From contig BAAFSQ010000007.1 of the NCBI GenBank assembly GCA_054661495.1, positions 60,670 through 92,669 on the forward strand: DNA of 32,000 bases, written 5' to 3'. The number at the start of each line of letters is the position of its first letter. Positions within the stretch are counted from its first letter, which is position 1. The position numbers and the translations under genes are program-made. A model generated the notes under the pieces. It had not been told where the DNA came from, ran no database searches, and saw nothing but the letters and a program-made list of their open reading frames with translations. The DNA is from Zygophlyctis sp. KS116 (lineage: Eukaryota; Fungi; Chytridiomycota). Positions 20,833 through 29,790 of this stretch are shown here, in pieces.

Positions 20833-21086
20833 ATGATTTATGTTTTACTGCTACAAGAAAATAAGTTCTATGTTGGGATAAATATGGATGGTGGAATGTG
20901 AGAGGAGGCAATTGGTGCCAAGTTGATATACTTCAGCAAAATCAACCTTCACCAAGCAAATCCAACCGAAACATTCGCAATGGATGTTCTAGATGTGTTA
21001 GAGGCTCTCATTCTGTTAAAGACTGTTTTGCAAGAACCAATGTTACATTTGACTCAGAATCAGATTCTTCTGAATCAGACCAAGGT
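20833..21086 (+). pseudogene. Internally deleted GIY-YIG endonuclease + CCHC zinc-knuckle remnant
   Basis: ATG 20833 gives MIYVLLLQENKFYVG, then a frame change to DKYGWWNVRGGNWC...CSRCVRGSHSVKDCFA and an acidic Ser-rich tail cut by the repeat boundary. Confidence 0.72.
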
Positions 21087-21629
21087 AGATTTATTATTAC
21101 AGGAATTCAAAAAACTTCCCAGTCAATTCACAGTCTCTAGCCCAAAAGGTGGATTTTTTATTTGGATTACAGATACTACAAAAACTTTAGATTCTAAAAT
21201 TTTGTTGGAAAGCATTTCTAAAAGTGATGATGCAGATTATAAAGTCACATTCACGCCTGGAAATTCCTTTTCTGCTAATAATGCCCATGGCCATTGTATG
21301 AGAGTCTCTTTTGGAATGTATAGGGGTATCGAATTGATCACTGGAGCACAACGTCTAGTGAATATTTTGACGCAAACACTGAACTAGCGTAAGTCAAATA
21401 TTTTCAGCCCAGGAATAGAGTGTCTAGGACAACTTTCATTGTTAATGTCTTTGAGAATTCCTGGAATTTCCTTTTACGAGTTCAAATCCCAACTCTTTAA
21501 AATTGTTGTAAAATACAAATCTCTTGATTTTTTAAATTACTTTGAGTCCTTTGAGTTAAATGATTTAATCAATGTATTTTAAATACTAACCTTTAGGAAC
21601 TATTGAATGAAATCTTTGAAAAGGATCTT
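21087..21629 (+). repeat. 543-bp direct repeat, right copy (includes a duplicate aminotransferase 3' fragment, 21087-21387)
   Basis: Matches 19144-19686. Confidence 0.95.
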
Positions 21630-21938
21630 TATTCAGGATCTGTCTCTTACACGTTCCCAAATCTTACGATTGAATTTGAAAGAATTCAAGAGTGTCTAGT
21701 TCTGACATTGGACAAATTAAATCAGTTAAAAAGACCATTGTCTATTGAAATTTATGAAAATAAAAAAGTAAAGCTTTCAGAAGATGAAAAGTCTGATATC
21801 ATTAAAGGGATTGAAATGATAAATTCAGACTCTCAAAGAGCTAAAATCGTAATAAATCGTACATTTTTCAAGGAAATCTCATTTATGGAAAGTCTAGTAT
21901 TATCTCTCAAGGATCTATTCAAAAAATTCAAAAAATAA
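21445..21938 (+). CDS. Hypothetical protein (about 156 aa, two exons)
   Basis: ATG 21445 and a 23-nt intron (21574-21596, GTATTT..TACTAAC..TTTAG) join in frame to the 21603-21938 ORF. A truncated duplicate lies at 19502-19686. Confidence 0.6.
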
Positions 21939-21952
21939 AAACTAGTTTTATT

Positions 21953-22513
21953 TTAATTTGCATGAACTGATGTACAAGGAAGTTTAACAGATTGAGCATG
22001 ATATGATTGATCATTTGCCAGTAACTTTGATTTAAATATTTCAACTTGATTTTCAATGATTCCCATCCAGTTAAAATACATTGATTCAGAGATCATCAAA
22101 TCAAAATCAAGCCAAGAAAGAATTTTCCTTTCTTCCTTGTTCAATATATCAAGTGGTATTCCGGATACAGATTCCCATGATAAATTTGAAAAAGTAGAGT
22201 CACAAATCGCCTTCATTCCCAGCATTAGAGTAACAACTAATGTCTTTTTTTCTGATCCCATCAGTAACAATGATTTAGATTTCAACACATGAATGTAATA
22301 TAATGATAACATGACAACGGAAAACAAAAGGTTTGAAGGTTTAAGGACTGAATGCACATAGTTCTCCAATCCAATTTTATCATTTGTATGTCCAAATTGC
22401 TTCATGATGTAATTTGCAACAAATCGGGAAAAGTTTTTAGTAAGAATGGATGGCCCGAGAGCAGTTTTGGACAATTGGATCCTAGAGCTCATGGATGACT
22501 GATGGTAATTCAT
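21953..22513 (-). CDS. PHO80/PCL-family cyclin
   Basis: VVMLSLYYIHVLK, LVVTLMLGMKAICDSTFSNLSWESVSGI....LNKEERKILSWLDFDL. The start is uncertain. Confidence 0.85.
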   Translation of the reverse strand: MNYHQSSMSSRIQLSKTALGPSILTKNFSRFVANYIMKQFGHTNDKIGLENYVHSVLKPSNLLFSVVMLSLYYIHVLKSKSLLLMGSEKKTLVVTLMLGMKAICDSTFSNLSWESVSGIPLDILNKEERKILSWLDFDLMISESMYFNWMGIIENQVEIFKSKLLANDQSYHAQSVKLPCTSVHAN

Positions 22514-22795
22514 CCTTTTACAATTCAAAAAGTTTCAGGACGGCAGGAAAGGACGCCACAAATCATTTTGCAAATCAGAAACGACTGCTTTTACTGATTA
22601 AATGGGATTGCTCAATCGGTCCAAGCATAAGGCAAAAATTTTGTTGGAATTTACCAAAAAACGAAAATGTGTCTAAAGCAGCTTAGGATTCCCAGACTCT
22701 AAACGTGTTCCGACCGCCAGACTCTTGATTACTACAAAGATTCAAAACGTAAAAGCAATTTCTTAATGATAAACACTACTTAAACCTAAAACGCA

Positions 22796-23791
22796 TTAGT
22801 CGTCTGAAAGAATAGCATAAATCATCCCAGCAATTCTCTTCAATGATTCAACAGTGACAACTTGTTTTACAAAGGTCAACGTATCAAAATCCCTTTCGAT
22901 TTTATCATTCTGACTTTTCAAGAACATCCATTCAATATAATTTGTGACTATACCATAAACAGTTTCTAACCGACCCAAATCAGAAGCCACTTCCATTCCT
23001 ACTAAATTCTGAGCCATTCCTTGTTCCATATCATCCTTCTTGGCTTCGACGATACAAAGTCTTTTATTTTTACGTTTGAGCATGAATTCGAAATGTCCAT
23101 TGGCTTTGACATTGACACCCTTCAAATCTTCTTCAATAATTATTTGGATAGAGTCTTCTGGTCCAAATAAGTCAGAAACATAGACGAGAATGGGAGCAAT
23201 AAAGTGCAAGCGTTGAGTTTTGTTACCAGTAGTGATTGAACTAAAACGTCTTGTGAGAGTGACAATATAATTGTGCAACAACTCAATAGTTTGTTGGGGA
23301 ATTTCTTTGACAGTTTGAGAATAGTCATGAATAATGTGTCCATATACAGTAGAAATATGACTCCAATTCAATGATGAATATGCTAAACTTTCCTTGAGAT
23401 CCGTCTGATCACTGTTTTCATCAGCATCTATTTCAGCCTGAATAATCAAGGGATTGAGTTCTTCCCATCTATTTCTTCTTTCTTCTGATGGATGTACAGT
23501 CTTTGGCTTTTTGACAACTGGGAGAGCATCAGCATATCTAATGAGCAGTGGGCTATCACCATCATTCTCAAATCCTGATTGCTCAAGTAGTTCGCTTATT
23601 TTGAGTCCTGGTCTTAGCTTGTCGCCATCATATCGATGGAGAGTCAACTTGCAGAGGGAAAACGAATCAAGTTCAGGGGCGAATTCCTTCTTGGTCTTTA
23701 CAATCAAATCAGCCACATTTTTGCATCCAGTTGGGTCAACTTGGATAGGCTCATCCAAATACCGCACAAACAATGGTTCGAATTCTCTCAT
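22796..23791 (-). CDS. Crinkler/CR-type effector: ubiquitin-like header + PD-(D/E)xK nuclease domain
   Basis: Likely start ATG 23791 (MREFEPLFVRY). Header GCKNVADLIVKTKKEF...LTLH...LRPG...SPLLIR; nuclease RLHFIAPIL, IIEEDL, ANGHFEFML, CIVEAKK, GMAQNL, VYGIVTNYIEWMFL. Confidence 0.85.
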   Translation of the reverse strand: MREFEPLFVRYLDEPIQVDPTGCKNVADLIVKTKKEFAPELDSFSLCKLTLHRYDGDKLRPGLKISELLEQSGFENDGDSPLLIRYADALPVVKKPKTVHPSEERRNRWEELNPLIIQAEIDADENSDQTDLKESLAYSSLNWSHISTVYGHIIHDYSQTVKEIPQQTIELLHNYIVTLTRRFSSITTGNKTQRLHFIAPILVYVSDLFGPEDSIQIIIEEDLKGVNVKANGHFEFMLKRKNKRLCIVEAKKDDMEQGMAQNLVGMEVASDLGRLETVYGIVTNYIEWMFLKSQNDKIERDFDTLTFVKQVVTVESLKRIAGMIYAILSDD

Positions 23792-23855
23792 TTCCCAAGA
23801 GTAGTGCCACAAGCGTTTCGACCAAGGGGGCTGTAGCAACAAGGGTATTGGATAA

Positions 23856-25188
23856 ATGTTTAGCAATGCTGCAGTTAAAGCCGATCTTAATGATTTTATA
23901 ACTCCCTCCCAAGACTGCATAATCCCAAAAAAGGTATCCAAATACTAGTAATCTGTAGGATGTTCAAATATCATTAAACGATTGCTTAGCTTGTTCGGGA
24001 TGTATTACAACTGCAGAATCTGTTTTAATTAATGAACAAAATATCCAAGAGTTTTATAAGTTGGATCAAGGGAAATTGATTGTCTCTGTCTCTGAGCAAG
24101 CAAGAGCTTCAGTTGGAGCTAAATACTCTATGAATAACTCTGAAATTCAAAGAAAGTTGACATGGTTCTTTAAAAAACATTTGAAATGTCAAAGCGTCAT
24201 TGATCTTTCTCTTGCAAGAGATGCAGTTCTAGTTGAAACAGCTACTGAATTCCTAACTAGGTTTAGGTCTGAAAAGTCACCCCTACTCAATAGTTCTTGT
24301 CCTGGATGGATTTGTTATGCAGAAAAAACGCATCCAGCTTTGATTCCAAACATTTCTAAAGTTAAGTCACCCCAACAACTCATGGGCACATTGGTCAAAA
24401 GGCAAGGCGATGTTACTCATGTGACAATCATGCCGTGCTATGACAAGAAGTTGGAGGCATCTCGAGATCAGTTTCAAGTAAATGGTGTTAGAGATGTGGA
24501 TCTAGTATTAACTACAACTGAATTAGAAGAGTTGGTTGCTAAAGAAGGATTTCCAGGATTTTTGGGTTTAAAAGAAGATGATTTGGAAGGATTTTCTAAA
24601 GTGCATCCTTCTAATCCAAATATATTACTAGGTACTGATGGATCATCATCTGGAGGTTATTTATCATATATATTCATTATCGCTGCAAAAACATTATTTA
24701 ATATTTCTATTTCTCACTCAGATATACTAAATGGAAGTAATGGAGTTGAAATTATTCAAAAGTCTAGAAAGAATTCATCAGATTTTATTCAAATTAATCT
24801 AGTGGATCCTTCAAATCCGAATCTAAAGTTGTTAAGATTTGCAGCGGCATATGGATTTAAGAATATTCAAAATGTTGTACGGAAACTAAAAGGCTCAGAA
24901 CAAAATTGGGATTATGTTGAAATCATGGCATGTCCTTCTGGATGTATCAATGGTGGTGGACAGTTAAGAAATGAATCTTTTACTGGTAAAGACTGGATTT
25001 TAGCCTCTGAATCTGCCTATACCAGCACTCCCTCATTAGGAGTGACACCAACAGAATCAATCAAGCATAATTCCCTGTTTCAGATATTGCTGGCCTCTAT
25101 TCCTGAACAGGAACGATCATTAATATTTTACACTACTTACAAAGCTGTCGAGAAAAAAATTAGCAATGCTTTAGGAGTCAAGTGGTAA
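23856..25188 (+). CDS. NAR1: Cytosolic Fe-S assembly factor NAR1/NARFL (hydrogenase-like)
   Basis: Exon 1 MFSNAAVKADLNDFITPSQDCI, intron 23934-23958, then ISLNDCLACSGCITTAE, SSCPGWICYAEK, IMPCYDKKLEASR, VEIMACPSGCINGGGQ and a terminal KW. Confidence 0.95.
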
Positions 25189-25236
25189 CTCAACTGATGA
25201 ATGATTATCGGTGACTTTTGACCCTTTAGAAATATA

Positions 25237-26407
25237 ATGTGGGAATTAGTTTTTCTAGTAATGATTAGCCCGTTTTTGCAGTTCTTTTTAATCAAACTGA
25301 ACAGTCCAAGAATTGTTTATTCCATTGTGCCGTTTTCATTTTGTTTCTTTGGGCCATTGTATTTTAGATACCCAACTACCCCAACATATGCAGCGGTAGT
25401 TTCCATTCTCTTATTCAGCTACCTCAGGATATGTGATATTTCACTCTTACCAACGGCAATTGTTAGATCGTGGACGGTTTATGATTACTCTGAATATTTC
25501 ATGACTTATTATACCAAAGAACAACGTAAAAAATTGGGAAAGAAATGTTATTCTAAATACTCTACTCCATTCTCTAAAAGAGATGCATCATATTATGGTA
25601 AAGTAGCATGGAAACTATTAGTACAATATATTGCGCTTAATGTTTTGGTATGGTACACCAATGCATATCCGCCTCAGGATCAACCATTTTACACGATTGT
25701 ATGGCCTTATAACTTGAGAATGATGGTTGATAACTTTATTTTTGGATTGATTTGCTGTCTTTTGTTAAGCATCAGTAACTTTTTTATTCTTAATTACTAG
25801 ATTATAATCTCGTCTTTCAACCACTAACTCACTTTTTCCAAATACCTTTTGAACCAATTATGAATTCACCATTTTTATCTACTTCAATCAGAGATTTTTG
25901 GTCTAATAGATGGAATATGTCTATAAAATTAAATTTGCACAGAGTTGGGTTTGTACCAGTCGTGGAAGGCTTTAGATGGATATCTGGTATCAAGAATGTA
26001 GAAAAGTCTCCTTCATGGCATTCAATATTAGGAGCAATGAGTAAGGCCAATATATCTGATAGAACCTAGGTGCATTTGTTTTGTCTGGATTGGTACATGA
26101 ATGGATGATGGTATGTCTTACCGAAGCGCCAAGTGCATATGAACAATTTATATTTTTCACAGTCCATGGACTCATCACGGTATGCCAAGTTCTAGTTGAA
26201 AAATCTGCAAAGAAGATTTTTGGATGGAATCCCGTTTCCAAGGTTCCGTCAGTTATTTGTATACCTACAACATGGATTATATTTTTGATGACATCTTCAT
26301 TTTTTGCAGGACCGTGGATAAGAGGAGATATTTTAAACAATGCACGTCTCTTAACGATTGACGAAGTGATTTTCACTCTTGAAAAATTAATTAAAGCTAG
26401 ATCTTGA
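25237..26407 (+). CDS. Membrane-bound O-acyltransferase (wax-synthase/MBOAT_2 type), copy 1
   Basis: MNSPFLSTSIRDFWSNRWN, FVLSGLVHEW, FFTVHG. Introns 25775-25800 and 26041-26069. Confidence 0.88.
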
Positions 26408-26558
26408 TCGTTTATTGAAAAAATGCCGTATTAGAGCTTGATTTAAAAGGACCAATTGAACTTCATAATAGTATCTCTGGGCGATTGTAAATAAGTCCGA
26501 ATCTTTCAATGCAGATCATCAGTTTACAAGATTGTGAGTAGGAGTGCAATTTCTACTG

Positions 26559-27695
26559 ATGATAGAACTGGGGATACTAGTTCTCATCACCCCACTGTTA
26601 CAATATGTGCTGATAAAGCTTCAAACTAGCAAAATAATCTATGGAGGAATCCCCTTTTGTTTATGTTTTTTTGGGCCATTCTATTACCGATATGGAGCAA
26701 GCTTTAGTTTTGCAACTTATTGCTGTTTTTTATTGTTCAACTACCTCAGATTTCTTGACATATCTCTTCTGCCAAAGAATGATGTAAGATCATGGTCGAT
26801 CTATGAATATTTTGAATATTTTCTATCCTATTATACAAAGGCGCAACGGAAACAAATGGGAGAAGCAAATTTTGCACACGCAGTCCCATATTCGAAGCGC
26901 ACTGCAGAATATTATGGCAAGGTGGCCTGGTCATTAATTGTTCAGTATTTCATTTTTAGTGGTTTGATCCGGTTTGAGCAATATTATCAACCCAATCGTG
27001 ATCTACATTCAAACAGATTTCTTTGGCCAACCGAATTTAAAAACATGGTTGACAATTTGATTTTTGGGTTAATTTTATGCCTGATCTTGAATATTGGTAT
27101 AATTATTTCTTATTCTAAATACTAGACTATAATCTCATCTTTCAACCACTAACTCACTTTTTACAAGTACCTTTTGAACCAATTATGAATTCACCATTTT
27201 TATCTACTTCAATCAGAGATTTTTGGTCTAATCGATGGAATATGTCTGTAAAAATAAATTTGCATAGAATAGGATTTCTACCAGTCGTGGAAGGCTGCAG
27301 ATGGATATCTGGAATCAAGCAAGGAGAAAAGGGTCCATACTGGCATGGGATTTTTGGAGCTATGGGTAGTTTTTTTTGTTTATGAAATAGGCGCTTTTTT
27401 TGTATCAGGATTAATTCATGAATGGGTTATTGCTTGTGCTTCTACTAGGCCCACAACTCTTGAACAATTGAATTTTTTCTTGATCCATGGATTAATAACG
27501 GTTTTGCAGGTTATTTTTGAAAAGATTATAAAAAAGGTATTGGGTCGGAACCCATTATCAAAGCTTCCAAACATCTTCTGTATCGCCATAACATGGGTAT
27601 TGTTCTTGATGACTACATCATTCTTTGTCAACCCATGGGTAAGGGAAGATATAATAAATCGAATCCGGATCCCTGCGATTCAGGAATTATTCTAA
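26559..27695 (+). CDS. MBOAT acyltransferase, copy 2
   Basis: Same motifs (FFVSGLIHEW). Introns 27097-27125 and 27366-27390. Confidence 0.88.
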
Positions 27696-27780
27696 ATTAC
27701 TATATAAAAGACTATTTTAAAGTATTTGCAAAGTCCGAATCTTTCAATGCTCAGTGTGAGTAGGCGTACAATTTCTACTG

Positions 27781-28887
27781 ATGATTGAACTGGGGATACT
27801 ATTTCTCACCGCCCCATTGTTACAATATGTGCTGATCAAGCTTCAAAACAGCAAAATAATCTATGGAGGAATCCCCTTTTGTTTATGTTTTTTTGGGCCA
27901 TTCTATTACGTTCAGACTGAAAATCCAAATTATGTAAAATGGGTCGGTCTATTATTAGTGATTTACCTTCGAATGGCTGATATTTCGTTTTTGCCATTGA
28001 CAGAAGTGCAATCATGGACTATTTCTGATTATTATGGATATATATTTTCTTATCATACGACGGCGCAACGGGAACAAATGGAAAAGTCGAATTTCTCAAA
28101 GAACAGTGTCCCCTATGCTAAACTTGACTCAGATTACTATAAACAATTATCATGGAATTTACTGATTCAATATTCTTTACTAAATTTGTTTATGTGGTAT
28201 GATCACCATTACCCTTCGAATCGCCATCTTACGGTTAACCAGTTCCTAATGCCTATTGACTTTGAAGCCGTTTTTGATACGTTGCTATTTACAGCGAATG
28301 TGTTTTTAGTACTGAATATTAGTAAGATTTACCAATTAATTTTAGATAATTACCTCACATTTATACCAATATCCCATTTCTTTCGGATCCCTTTTAAACC
28401 AAATATGGATTCCCCTTGGTTATCCACCTCTTTGAGAGATTTTTGGTCTCATCGATGGAATTTACCAATGAAATTAAATCTTTATAGAGTAGGATACTTG
28501 CCTACAGTTCAAGGATGTAGAGTAATTTCTGGAATCAATGAATTAGAAAAGACTCCAAAATCATTCAAAATGACTGGGATACTATTTTCATTTTTAGTCT
28601 CTGGAATAGTTCATGAATGGATGATGGCGTGTACCTCTCAAAAATCCACTTTTGAACAATTTAATTTCTTTCTTATTCATGGAATTTTAGCTTGTGGCGA
28701 ACCTCTGGTCGATAGTTTTAGAGACTATAAAAACTCAAAGAATACGGTTCGTGTACTCATGACTTGGATCATATTTTTGATGACTAGCCCATTATTTATT
28801 AATCCGTGGAAACGAGAAGGGATCTTGGCAAGAATCAAACCGCCATTGATTATTGATCTTTTCATAAGAGGCTCATTGATTAGGTGA
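27781..28887 (+). CDS. MBOAT acyltransferase, copy 3
   Basis: SPWLSTSLRDFWSHRWN, FLVSGIVHEW. Probable in-frame 24-nt intron at 28322-28345. Confidence 0.88.
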   Translation: MIELGILFLTAPLLQYVLIKLQNSKIIYGGIPFCLCFFGPFYYVQTENPNYVKWVGLLLVIYLRMADISFLPLTEVQSWTISDYYGYIFSYHTTAQREQMEKSNFSKNSVPYAKLDSDYYKQLSWNLLIQYSLLNLFMWYDHHYPSNRHLTVNQFLMPIDFEAVFDTLLFTANVFLVLNISKIYQLILDNYLTFIPISHFFRIPFKPNMDSPWLSTSLRDFWSHRWNLPMKLNLYRVGYLPTVQGCRVISGINELEKTPKSFKMTGILFSFLVSGIVHEWMMACTSQKSTFEQFNFFLIHGILACGEPLVDSFRDYKNSKNTVRVLMTWIIFLMTSPLFINPWKREGILARIKPPLIIDLFIRGSLIR

Positions 28888-28898
28888 GTGGTTGACTG

Positions 28899-29642
28899 AT
28901 GATTTTGTCTCGAAATTGGAATTGTTTCAAGGGATTTTCTCTAAAACTTGGATTTGGATTTGGAATTGGGCTTGGATCGGCATACTTTTTAAACAATATC
29001 AATTGTGACGCACCTGCCAAAATTCTACAACAGGACACTGGAATTGAATTTGATGAAAAAATTCAAGATTTTAAAATTCTCGGAGTTGGAGTCCGTCAAG
29101 TCACTTTTATAAAGTTTAATGCATATGCTGCTGCCCTCTATCTTCAAACTAAAAGTCTAGAAAATCTTGGATCAAGATGGAAAGAGGAATATACACCTGA
29201 TAAATTACTAAAGTCTCCAGAATCTACATTTTTTATCAATGATTTGTTGAAAAAAGGAAATTCTTTAAAATTAGTAATCAAAACTTGTAGAAATACTGAT
29301 GGACCACATTTAAGAAATGGATTTTTGAAAATGTTGAATTTACAGTATAAATCTTGTAATCTGAATAGTCAAGAAAAAGACGCAGTAGACAAAGATTTAT
29401 TAATGTTGAAATCATCTTGGCCAGTCAAGGGAACATTTAAAAAAGGAGATACTGTCATTGTTACAAGAGATGTAGATGAATCCTTGTCTTTTGAATTTCC
29501 AGATAATCCAGAACTCTTTGGGTTTAAGATTAATAATTCAAGATTATCAAGATGGTTTTTCCAGAGTTATATAGGGGATTTTGGAATCTCAGAGTCTTTA
29601 AGGAAAAATGTGTCGGTTGGATTGCAGAAATTATTTTACTAG
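28899..29642 (+). CDS. Chalcone-isomerase-fold mitochondrial protein (Aim18/Aim46-like)
   Basis: Presequence-like and Gly-rich hydrophobic leader; LGVGVRQVTFIKFNAYAAALY, RNTDGPHLRNGF, FKKGD. Confidence 0.8.
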   Translation: MILSRNWNCFKGFSLKLGFGFGIGLGSAYFLNNINCDAPAKILQQDTGIEFDEKIQDFKILGVGVRQVTFIKFNAYAAALYLQTKSLENLGSRWKEEYTPDKLLKSPESTFFINDLLKKGNSLKLVIKTCRNTDGPHLRNGFLKMLNLQYKSCNLNSQEKDAVDKDLLMLKSSWPVKGTFKKGDTVIVTRDVDESLSFEFPDNPELFGFKINNSRLSRWFFQSYIGDFGISESLRKNVSVGLQKLFY

Positions 29643-29709
29643 AGTGGATTAAATTTAAATCAAATCGTATTATTTTACTAGAGTGGATTTATTTAAATCA
29701 AATCGTATT
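29630..29709 (+). repeat. Tandem duplication of about 39 bp spanning the stop codon of the upstream gene
   Basis: ATTATTTTACTAGAGTGGATT(AA/T)ATTTAAATCAAATCGT occurs twice. Confidence 0.9.
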
Positions 29710-29790
29710 GAACAATGGAACAAGCCTGAGCCTACTCCAAGAGGTTAAAAACCTAAACAGCAAATTTTTCGTGCAACAAAAAAATATTTT

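Larger units (their letters stand above)
19687..21086. mobile_element. 1400-bp insert carrying a PD-(D/E)xK nuclease gene and a GIY-YIG remnant
   Basis: Lies exactly between the two 543-bp repeats and begins with AGTAGTAGTAGTATAG. No terminal inverted repeats, transposase or reverse transcriptase seen, so mobility is inferred. Confidence 0.55.

Noticed and set aside
20923-21387. 154-aa ORF ending in the aminotransferase C-terminus
   Set aside because: It is a chance fusion of an off-frame GIY-YIG relic with the duplicated 3' fragment; it lacks the PLP lysine and has no ATG at the listed start.
23792-23941. N-terminal 50 aa of the 381-aa ORF in the track
   Set aside because: It is largely antisense to NAR1 exon 1 and its intron; the effector more plausibly starts at ATG 23791.
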